A DNA stretch of 64,000 nt from Rhizophagus irregularis. Lineage: Eukaryota. Position 1 is the stretch's first letter; each line of letters opens with the position of its first letter. Shown piece after piece: positions 39,131 through 49,938 of this stretch. The stretch spans positions 806,001-870,000 of the forward strand of contig NC_089435.1 in the NCBI RefSeq assembly GCF_026210795.1, in the 5' to 3' direction. Made by a program: the position numbers and the translations under genes. The notes under the pieces are model-generated. The model ran no database searches. It was not told where the DNA came from and saw nothing but the letters and a program-made list of their open reading frames with translations.

Positions 39131-41819
39131 TCATTAAATTTAGACAAATATGTTGAATAGAAAAAATAGGATTTGGGTATATATAAGAGATCTATTATCG
39201 CACAATTAATCAGATACAATAATAGTAATAGCAAATATTAAGTAGCGAGAGAAATATATGATACTATCAAAGTACGCGGATCCTGGGCAGTTCCAGCATC
39301 ATTTTGTTTCATTTCCGAGAGACTGGTTCCCAAAGACGAAGCTCCAAAAACAAAAAGGTAGCGGAACACAATAACGTTGTTGAATAATAAGACGTAAAAT
39401 AGTAATAACTTTAATTATTCAACCGCACCACAACCTTGCATCAGTTTTTGTCCAGACTCGATCTTAAAATTCCTGTTTGTATCAAGGAACGCTAGAACAA
39501 TCCTCAATTTCCCAATTTAAACATAAATAAGAAACAACTCCACTTCTTTGGACTTCAAAATAATGTTTGACCGCGTGAACTGTTTCAAATGGAGAATTTA
39601 TAGAAGAGTACATTTCTTTGTTTTTCAGTGCAAAAAAATAGAGTCGGGATATATATATATAATCGATTGTCGCACGACACGATCCGCACGATCATTACAT
39701 CATCGCATCGATCACGAGAGCTGTCAAAAATTTTGGAGGCAAAGTAAAAAAAATTCCGATTTACTCTCATTATTCTAACTTTGCAACCTATTCAAGGAGT
39801 GATCGAGTTGCTTACACGTTAATTAAAATCAGGTGACTAACGAAATCGATCATATGAAATTTTAAAAATAAATCACGTGCGTACAATTAAATCATAATGA
39901 CGTTTCTTTCGTTTCTACTATTTTCAAATCCGTATTTTTAAACAAAACCACAATCACGTTCAGAACTTCTTTCACATTATTATGCGACACTTAATATGCA
40001 TTGAAATTTGTCCTCGACCTTCTTCGTTAAATTTGATGACATATGAGATTTCGAAAACCTGATTGACTAGGACTAAAAGTCAGAAAATTTCAATCCCTGC
40101 AGATATCACAATACCGTAAATATTATCAAAATCGGCATCATCCTTTCATTTGTTTTATTTGTTTTCAATCTCTCTCGGATCTAGTCATAGATACTGTGTT
40201 AATTCCGTTCTAGATTCAGAAATTGCAATACAGATAGGATAGTAACATCGTTATGCAAATAGATTTATTTGATATATATATTTTAACATGGCCAAAATCT
40301 AAGAAAGTTGCATGAAACATTAAATTAGAATAATATAATTATATTCACTTATTTTAATAACTTTATCCAACTTTTGACCAAAATTCAAGGTTAGTTTATA
40401 CACATTGCCATAATTCAAATCAATAATCTTATCCATATTTCTAAATTCAATTATTATTATCCAGAATTTAAATCCAAATAAATTTAATACAGTTAAAAAT
40501 CTTTAATCTAGATCTCATTCAATGCATGCTAAACTACACGATTCGAAGCAAAAATCGCGGAATACACTAAACAACATGTACTGTACAGCGAGAAAGTAAA
40601 AGAACTTTTGAAACAGCTAATCATAGACTACTAAAGTTAGTCTATTGCAAGATAGAAACAAAAATGTATTCAAATTATTATGAATATTAACGTGTATAGA
40701 ATAGCTACAGGATTAGGATCATTTACTATCACTTAATTCAGTAAATTGTTAGATTATTAATTATCGCTTTAATTCCGGCCAAGATATATGATAATTCCAT
40801 TCTGACCAGCATTATGAACTTTGCCTTTTGTTTTGTAACTTTAGGTTACACTTTATTGGCATTAGCTGAATAATGAACAAAAGGAAAAAAAATACTAACA
40901 GCTAAAGATTATGATTTAAAAAATGATACACAACTGATAATCAATTCCTTCTCGCAAAATTAGTGGATCTATTGCTTTTTCTTTTATAAGATGAACAATA
41001 TTCTATTTGAAATAATTTATTGGTGGAGCAGATTTTTTTTTTACTACTTAGGAATTTGAAATTTTCAATGAAGGAAAAACTCTCACGTTTAGAATAAAAT
41101 AGGGAAAATCTCAAGGTTTTCATATGGTAGAAATATTTGGGGATGGTCACGAGCTAAAATAAGAATGTTCGACATTTCGAAGTTAATCCTTGCCTAAAAA
41201 TTTGCAAACATATAAATAAATATATACCATGTTACAATCCGAATTTCGTGCGATTACATAATCTATCAAAAGAAATAATAAATAAATAAATAAAAGAAAA
41301 ATATTTTAATATTTCATTAATTTAGGATATTATTATTTAATTAAATAATTAAAAATAAAATTGGCGTATAGATAGATAACAATGGCTTAAATATATTTGA
41401 ACATGCTTTTTGTAAAATCGCCGGCCGATATGAACAGGTGAGAGTGTGTGTATCATTTGTATCATTTGTAATACATTATTGTTTGGTATTAAATGTTGTG
41501 ACTGATTAATATTTGAAGTTGCTATTTATTCAGTCAAATTACAGTAAATCCCTTTTTACTATTTATTCTCCCAATACAAAAAGGATTTTGTTTGCAACAC
41601 ATGACGAATTAACCCAAAATTGTAAAGATTTGATAGGAAAAAAAGAGAAATCAAATAAGTACTCCCAAACATTTCTGCCTCATGTACCTTATCACATTTT
41701 CTAAATTATCCGTCCAAACATCTACACTTCTCTTAATTAACTCTTCCTCGGAAACCTTTTGAAATCAAAATTCTTTCATTTTTTAATTTTTTAAAATTTT
41801 TTAAAAGCAAAAAGTAACA

Positions 41820-42227
41820 ATGGATGCTCGTGAATTGCGATCGGTTGCGATGTCTATAATACTCAAACAAAGAGTATGTCGGATGCTACCAACGCCTTCA
41901 TCTTTACATAATAAACAGGGATTCCAAACTTATCCACCGATAAATCGTAGAAGACGTCAAACCTATGAATACAAAGAAATAGACATTTCAGCATTTGACG
42001 CCTTATTTGAAGGGAAACTTATCGAAGGCATTCCAGACATGATGCCCTCTCCAAAACCAACAACTACCTTTACATTTAACGAAAAAAGATCTCGATATAG
42101 ACATATTAAAGAAAGAGAGTTCTTTATAAATTGTAAAAAATCTGTTTCGCAACTCATACTTTATTGGGAAACTGTGTGGCTAGTTGGAAAGGATAGCGCT
42201 GGAAGGTGTGCTGGTTGGAATTGGTAA
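41820..42227 (+). CDS. Intronless hypothetical protein, 135 aa
   Basis: Clean ORF with good ATG context (aacaATGG), balanced composition and higher GC than its flanks; no domain recognised. Confidence 0.6.
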   Translation: MDARELRSVAMSIILKQRVCRMLPTPSSLHNKQGFQTYPPINRRRRQTYEYKEIDISAFDALFEGKLIEGIPDMMPSPKPTTTFTFNEKRSRYRHIKEREFFINCKKSVSQLILYWETVWLVGKDSAGRCAGWNW

Positions 42228-42616
42228 AATAAAATTAATAAGATTACATAATTATATATATACATATACTGTGTATATATGTTTAATCGATCTGATCATA
42301 TTTCATTGTCTCGCCCGTATATAAACATTCTTAATAATAGACTTGTATATTTTTTCAAAAATTTTTTTATTCTTAATTCATATAATTAACTTATAGACAT
42401 CTCAGAAGGTTTTTATTATTATAGTAATCAGATTAAGATTCTCTTTTATTTACCAACTGTAAGAGAGAGTTTTAACTCTAAAACCTATTTAGTTATTATT
42501 TATATATTAATAAAAATATCTTCTTTTCTTTCAAATGATGAATGATTAGAACAATCAATGATTAATTTAAATGATGAAAAAAATAGAATATATATAGTTA
42601 CATAAATTTTCTATCA

Positions 42617-43204
42617 TTAGTACTTATTCTCAATATAATGTTGAATAACTTTTGGTTCATATTTGAAGTCTACCATTTTCACCCAGGTTTCAATATCAAC
42701 TGGTTTATAATTACCAGGTATAACACTAACAATAGCTGATTGATTATTAAAATAAACTTTTGAATCTACCACGAAAGGTTTAGAATCAAATTGAGTTTTA
42801 ATCCTATTAGCACATCCCTCGCAACTTATTCCATTGATTTGAACAACAAATATTTCAACTTCTTCTGTTAAAGGCTTTTCTAAATTAAATGGTGATATTG
42901 TAATTTTTCCTTGATTATATAAAGAAATCAATTCTGGAGATGTTGATAAAGATAACGAAATCAGCAATGTAACTAAGGTTTGTTTCGAATTTAACCCATA
43001 CTTAGTCATCGTATATAATATCAGGACCGTGGTAAAAGATAGAAATATTGGTCGATATGGTGTTAAAATGCTGAATCCTGCACAACTGATCGAGAATATG
43101 TTAAGGATTAGTTGTATAATACAACAGCTTGAGCCTAGAAGGCCAGTAGTAATTGCCCAAATATATGATGATTTATCCGAAGGAAAAGCGCTTTTAGGTT
43201 GCAT
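42617..43204 (-). CDS. MerT/MerF-like membrane metal transporter fused to a C-terminal HMA domain, intronless, 195 aa
   Basis: TM1 with paired Cys (GLLGSSCCIIQLIL), LTPYRPIF motif as in MerT (L.PYRP), two further hydrophobic segments, then HMA signature INGISCEGCANRI. Confidence 0.8.
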   Translation of the reverse strand: MQPKSAFPSDKSSYIWAITTGLLGSSCCIIQLILNIFSISCAGFSILTPYRPIFLSFTTVLILYTMTKYGLNSKQTLVTLLISLSLSTSPELISLYNQGKITISPFNLEKPLTEEVEIFVVQINGISCEGCANRIKTQFDSKPFVVDSKVYFNNQSAIVSVIPGNYKPVDIETWVKMVDFKYEPKVIQHYIENKY

Positions 43205-43380
43205 ATTGTATAAAAATAATTTTGAAAATTAAGAAATTGAGGAAGAACACGCATAACGACCAGCAACCATAAACAACACATATATCCATAGAACTATTGT
43301 AACACAAGTCACCAGATTTAATTAACGCATTTGATTAGATGTTAGAAATCTTCATTTATTAGAACTATTAATTTTTATTC

Positions 43381-45838
43381 ATGTCTTTTAGACGAGTAAT
43401 TCCTTTATTTAAACTCTTCACTAATACCGAAAACTATAACAGACGTGTATTATGTCATACCATTCCTTTTTCTAGTCCACAAAAACATTTTATCAAATTT
43501 CGGTATTATTCAAATACAAGGGATTTACCCGACAGGGTAGAATTTCTATTGAGTAAAATTGGAAAAGAATCTGGTAATTTGCTTTTACTTTACGCATATG
43601 TGAAGTTTTAAAGCTTAAACCTACTTATTTTTATATTGAATATAAGATATATCTCAAACGTCAACAACGACTGAAAAAGCCACTACAGAAATTAAAGAAA
43701 TTATCGGTTCAACATATGGGTAAATAAAGTTTCTCTTATTTACGTTACGATTAAGTAAAAAATTAAGAACATCTTATTCTTTAGAGTAAATTATCGATTA
43801 AAATGGATGGAACCTCCACGCTCAGTTCTGGTTGTGAAAAAACCGTTTACCAAATCAACTGATAAAGCACTCTTGGAAATTGTAAAGTACGTCTGAAAAA
43901 AAAAATTCCTTACATATGATTTATTATTAAATCATTAAACTTATTTCCACAATAAACTCTTCAGTTGGTTACATGAATCTTATCCTAATATAAATATCAT
44001 TGTTGAACCTGAGGTAGCTAAAAAATTTGAAAATGAATTACCATACGTGTTTATTTCACAAGGTGGGTGGTTTAATCAAATGTTTTTTTTATATGAATTA
44101 AACTAAATGATATTTTAAAACAAAATTAGGACATGGAGATGAATATACACGTATTGTAGATTTTGTTATAACAATAGGTGGCGATGGAACAATTCTTCAC
44201 GTTTCATCACTTTTCAATCAATGTGTTCCTCCAGTCATATCATTCTCGATGGGGACATTAGGATTTCTGCTTCCTTTTCGTATCCTTAATAAACTGTGTG
44301 AATAAATATCAATACATACTTTAGAATACCTTGACTGATGTAATATCATTGGATAGATTTACAACATTACAAATCTGCGTTAGAAGACATAATCAAAGGA
44401 AACGTCTCGCTATTACTTCGCATGAGACTTTCTTGCTCGATGTGGAACACAGAAGGGAAAAGAATTACAAAAGATGACATTGAGATTGGTAATTAATGGC
44501 TACACAGCAGCGTAAATTTTATTTAAACAATAGTTCTGATTTAGATATTGTATTTTTTTTTTAATCAGGTAATTTACAATCCATGAATGAAGTCAATTTA
44601 CATCGAGGGCGTTATCCACACCTTACTGCCATCGAATGCTTTGTGGATGGACAATTTTTAACGGATGCTGTGGTAAATTATCTTAATGGTTTACTAAGTA
44701 ATCTTATGAAGTCAACCCCTTTTCTCCACAGATGAAATATGAAATATTTTTAGAATACAGTATAAGATATAGCTAATCACATTTTCATTCTTTTATCTAG
44801 GCGGATGGGTTGATAATTGCCACTCCTACAGGCTCAACAGCATACTCATTGTCAGCTGGCATGTTTTCTTATTTATTTACTTATGAATAGAAATTTTTGA
44901 AAGAACTGAATATTGACCTGGCATATATCAGTGGAAGATGTTTATCTCTTCAATGGTTTGGATCAAATTGCCTGGGGTTTATTAATCAATGATGAATCTT
45001 ACCATTGAAGGGATAAGTAGCTCAAGGTACAAGTTGGACGCGTTTTATGCTCGAAATATTATTGATAAGATCATATTATTTTATTGATAATGCCAGAATC
45101 CAAAAAAGATACTCGTAAATTAAAATTAGAAACTCAATGTATTGGATTGTAAATTAATATAGGAGGACCTATAATACATCCATCTGTGCAAAGTCTCATT
45201 GTTACCCCTATTTGTCCAAGATCACTTTCTTTTCGACCTATTTTATTACCACCAGATGTAAAAATACAACTAATGGTAAGCTTGATTAGTATGTAATTAC
45301 GTAATATTAATTTTACTCTTCATTTTTAAAGTTTTGATTTAAATTTCTAGATTGGTGAAGAAAGTCGTGCTCCAGTAGAAGTTACAATAGATGGAAGAAT
45401 AATATGCATGTTGAAAAAAGGAGAATGGTTAGAGGTAAGATCATATAATTTAATTTGACTTTTTTTTTAAAAAAAAAAGAAATATATAGTTTTTCTCTAA
45501 GGGCGTCATAGCACAATCAAATTAAAGATATGGTGGTTTACAAAAAAGATACAGTATACAGAGAATGAGAATCGGTTTGATTCTGAAAAAGGGTCCTAAT
45601 CAAATACATGGTACTTGCGCTAAATGTGCCAATAAAAGAACCATATTCGTCAATAAGGATATGAAAGTTTAACATAATATTTATTTTATTTATTTAATAG
45701 GTACAAATGTCACCTTATCCAATTCCTTGCGTGAACAGAATTGATGAGGGAGTTGATTGGGTTAAGGATATTAATGATTTATTAAAGTGGAACCAAAACT
45801 TTGTAAATAAGCAATTACTTACACACGGATTTGTTTAA
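43381..45838 (+). CDS. POS5: Mitochondrial NAD(H) kinase, POS5-like, multi-exon
   Basis: Basic N-terminal presequence; [77 protein letters not shown] 45836-45838. Confidence 0.92.
44280..44356 (+). other. U12-type (minor spliceosome) GT-AG intron
   Basis: 5' splice site GTATCCTT, branch-point TACCTTGAC at 44327-44335; splicing keeps the frame GFLLPFHLQHY. Confidence 0.8.
44918..45096 (+). ncRNA. Candidate structured intronic RNA element in a GC-AG intron (44859-45162)
   Basis: Outer stem CTGGCAT(A)TATCAGT/ATTGATAATGCCAG; inner 16-bp stem TTATCTCTTCAATGGT/ACCATTGAAGGGATAA; non-Watson-Crick positions are G-U on the sense strand. Confidence 0.55.
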
Positions 45839-46050
45839 TATACATTTATCCTTAATAATTATTTTCGTAGAATTACTTTCAGGAAAAATTTAATAAATAA
45901 GACAAATTATTGTTAAAAAATAATATTAAAAAAACTTTTTTCAGTATTTTCACAAGGTTATTTTAATACTAGTGGCAGAAGGGATATAAGGAGATTATTT
46001 TAATAAATGTCAAATTAATATATAGATCCTATCTAAGGAAGTCATGGTTA

Positions 46051-48143
46051 TTACTTATTGAAGTTCTTGTAAGAACTTTTCTCAAATTCTCTAAGTTTAA
46101 ATTTTCGTTTCCTCTTTTTCACTTTAACTCGAGGTTCTATTATATTACGTTCTTCTAAACTAACCATCCTATCACGAAATAGGTTTCCTTCCGGCTGTTT
46201 GTTTAAGAATATTTTTATTAGATTTTGTTCAAAATGTATTTATGCATTATAAAATTACGATACCTTTAATGTTCTTAATGATTCAGACAGTTCTTCCTGA
46301 AGTTGTACATCAATTGGCAATTTTTTAACTCTAATCATAGCAAAAATAAATAAAAATTCACATTTTTTTAGTCGACAAAATTGATTAGGATAAGAGAATA
46401 TACAGAGCTAAATTACATACGAATATTTTCCAATCTTCTTCAACGGTAAGTTTGCTTTTTCCTCAGCTGCCTTGGCTTTTTCAGCTTGCTGTTTCTCACG
46501 TTCTGTAAATTCTTGATTGAAGCTTTGAATTATCTCTGGGAGCCTAAGCATTAATTGTAAAGTTAAATTTTTTTGTTTGAAAAAAAAAATCATTGAGTAT
46601 ATAAATTTTTAATACTTTTCCAATTCTCTCCTAAATTCTTTTTTAGCTTTTCTTCCTTGTTCTTCTTTTAATCTAGCAAATTTCCTTTTTTCTTTATTTC
46701 GTTCTGTCCTTGTTTTTTTATGCTGATTATTAACTTGTTTTTCAATCACTTCATTTCTTTCATTTTCCTCAACTTCATCCTCCGAAGATTTTTCTTCATC
46801 AATATCTTTAACCACCATATCCTCTGGATTCATTACTGAAGTTGGCATTTCAGATAACACAGGAAGCTGAGATTGCAATTTTTCTTTTTTCTGTAATTTG
46901 ACTACTTCTTCTTCGTGAGCAATTTTAAGTAGAGACTTTTTGATTTAATAAAACAATATTATTAATATGCAAATTTCATGTGTTATAATAATATAAATAC
47001 TAAGCTACTAAGTTAGTTAACGGGCAGCAACGCCTATACTAAGATGGAAGTAAGTATAATTTATACCTGATGATCCTCAAATTTTGGATTATAACTAGTT
47101 CCTGGATGCGGAAAATGTACAGCTGGAATAGTATCAAATGGTTTCACGTTCATAGTTGGAGGTGGCTTTCAAATTAAGAAATAAATAATAATAATTTAAT
47201 AATTATTAAACGAACTAATTTTTAATAATTTTGAATGATTAATTCACCTTAATTTTCCGTTTCTTCATTGGAGGCAAGAAATCATTGTCATCATCTCGAA
47301 GTAGTTCATCGGATTCTAAATAATCATAATAAAATTATTAAGTCTACATCAGAAAAAAAAAATCTGTTTTTTTTTCCCAAAAATTAATTCATACCTTCTT
47401 CATTCCATACATCATATTCACCAGTTTTTAATAAAACTTTAGTAGGTACAGAATTTTCAGTAGTTAATTTAACATGATCACTTTTTTTTTTTTTTACCAA
47501 CTCTTTTGATTCTTTTGATTCTTTCGATTCTTCTTCTTCTGATTCTTCTGATTTAAATTTATTATACTTTGATACATAATGTTTTTTATGATCATTTTGT
47601 TTTTTTGGTTTTGAAAATATTGCGGGAATTTTACTATTATTTTCTATTATTTGATCAATTTTTAGTTTGGCAAATTTTTTATTTATTTTCTTCCTAACTT
47701 TAGATTCAATAGAACGAATCAATGGAAAAAAAAATGAAATTATTAAATAGTTTTTTTTTTTTAGAAAAAATTTTATTTAACATTAAAATATGATAAAATA
47801 ATATTTTACCTTCAACATCACCCAATGTATCAATTGTAAAAATTTTTTCGTCCGGTAAATCACGAATTCTACCTCTAATATTCAAAAATAAAATAAAAAA
47901 TAAATATTATGATATTATTATTACAATTAAAAAGAAAAAATTGATATAAAATAACAATAATTATTTTATCTTTTTTTTTACAAACCCAGTAATTCTCTCT
48001 TCGTCTCTTATCCCTTCTAACGTTTTTTCTATTTCAGTAATATCAACATTCTTTCTCCAAGCCTTTTTTCCCTTACGACTCGGTTGAGTTTTCTTTTTTT
48101 TTATCACAGGTTCAATAGGTTCAATAGGAATTACCGAAGCCAT
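46051..48143 (-). CDS. NOP53: Ribosome biogenesis factor Nop53/GLTSCR2
   Basis: KTQPSRKGKKAWRKNVDI, LFTID-like KIFTID motif, [39 protein letters not shown]. Confidence 0.93.
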
Positions 48144-48666
48144 TTTTTCAAAAAAAAAAAAAATCGATCGAGATCTATGTATGTCACTTTTTCAGTGTAC
48201 TAAAAAATGTAATATAAAAAAAAAATATTTTATTTTATGATTGGATGATCAAATCATATTGTGAATCGTGATGTGCGTTTGATTAATTTGAGTTAATTTT
48301 TGAATTAACCATTTCAATGCGTATTTATTAATTAAAAATCTTTAAAATTTTCTTTTTTTGCGAAAATCCCAAATTTTAAGAGTTTTTAATTAAAATTTTA
48401 TTATTTTGATTTACACGTGTTAATTAAAAAGCATGATTTTTACATGAAAGAAGCTTTTTTTCTTCTTAGTCTTTCTTTTTAAGTGTTTTTTTTAAAAAAG
48501 TGTGTGAATGTTCTTTACAATTAATTATTATTATAATCAAGTCTATCTATTGCTGTATAAACTGGTAAAATGTAATAAAATGCTATACTTTTTTCTATAT
48601 TAAGAAAAGTAAAAAAAAAAAAATCGTCTAAAAGCAAATGTTATTATTATATTAAGGATTAAAGTT

Positions 48667-49938
48667 TTACCAATCAAAATTCCTTCCACCACAACCAGAA
48701 GCAAAACTACCATTCATTGAACCCCGATATAAATCTTTGATTACTAAACCCTCAATTATAGTATGCTCTATTATGCTTTTAGCATGACATGGTATAACTC
48801 TTCCGTACCATATTCCTTTTCCTTCTTTATATACAATAACATTACCAGCGAATCGATGTCCTAAAATTTTAAAAAATTAAAAAATTTGAATCGAATTTTC
48901 GCAAAAAAAAAAAAAAAATATAATATAATAATATATATAATAATATATACCTCCAGTGTGACTGCTTAAAAAAACTCCAACGCCATCGTTTTTACGCGTT
49001 TGAGGATCCAATCCTTTTTCTTTCAAGACTTTGTCAAATTCTTCCTTTAACAAAGGACCAGTAATACCACAACGTTTATCCCTTCGTTTATGAGAACAGA
49101 TTACAATAATAGCTTTATAAGGCATTTTTTCAATTATAAAATTATCATCAAGATAACTATTATCCAAATAATTTTCTGCATTTTCTGGTATTAAAAATCT
49201 TTTATAAAAATCCGTAACTTGTTTAGTAGTAACATCTTTAATTAAGATATTTTCAGGGAATATTAATATATCATTTCCTTTTGTAGATGATGAATCATTT
49301 TCTCTTGAAGAATTTGTGATTATAACCCTTGAATGATCAGTATTTTCATGTTCTTCATGATTATTTTTCAACGACTTTTCATTTAATTTAATATTATTGA
49401 TAACTTTATGTAAATTAGCAGCAAAACTATCACGTTCATCTTCAATATTTGTTTCCCAATCACCTTTACCAGTTGATATTAAAACATGTTTTATATATGG
49501 TTTGACAGTATTATGCATAGAAGATTCATAATCAATTTTCAAATAAGATGGATAATTAGAATGAGAATCACAAGGATTCAAACAATTCAAACACGAATCA
49601 TCATCAGATTTTTCCAGTTGTTGTAATTCATCAAAAGATATTAATTCATTTGGCGAAGGAACAGTTTGTAAAAGAGCAGCAGTTTCAGCATCAGGAAATT
49701 CACTAACAGTTTGAGTAGGCTGAGGTTGAGGTTGAGGTTGAGGTTGAGGTTGAGGTTGAGGTTGGGATTGGGATTGGGATTGGGGTTGGGATTGAGGTGG
49801 CGAAGATAATGATGATTGGCTTTTTTCCGAAGAAATGGGAGATGATGATGATGACAGCGACACAGAACGAGACGATAAAAATGTGGAAGAAATTATATTA
49901 AATAATTTTGAACTAATACGACGAACCGGTTTTGGCAT
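48667..49938 (-). CDS. APD1: Sucraseferredoxin / thioredoxin-like 2Fe-2S protein (Apd1/Aim32 family)
   Basis: ICSHKRRDKRCGITGP, SHTGGHRFAGNVI, WYGRV; intron ~48951-48862; start chosen at MPKPVRR (49938). Confidence 0.88.
49720..49797 (-). repeat. Coding (CAACCT)n/(CAATCC)n microsatellite encoding a QP/QS tract
   Basis: Tandem tgaggt and tgggat hexamers on the + strand. Confidence 0.9.

Noticed and set aside
39300..39620. Minus-strand coding-like relic (MYSSINSPFETVHAVKHYF...)
   Set aside because: Too fragmented to assign to any family
44911..45100. Identity of the intronic structure as U1 snRNA, C/D snoRNA, TPP riboswitch or RNase P/MRP RNA
   Set aside because: ACCTGGCA lacks the U1 ATACTT start and loops; the ATGATGA box has no downstream CTGA; no CTGAGA/TPP core; no GAAAGTCCCC-type CR-I
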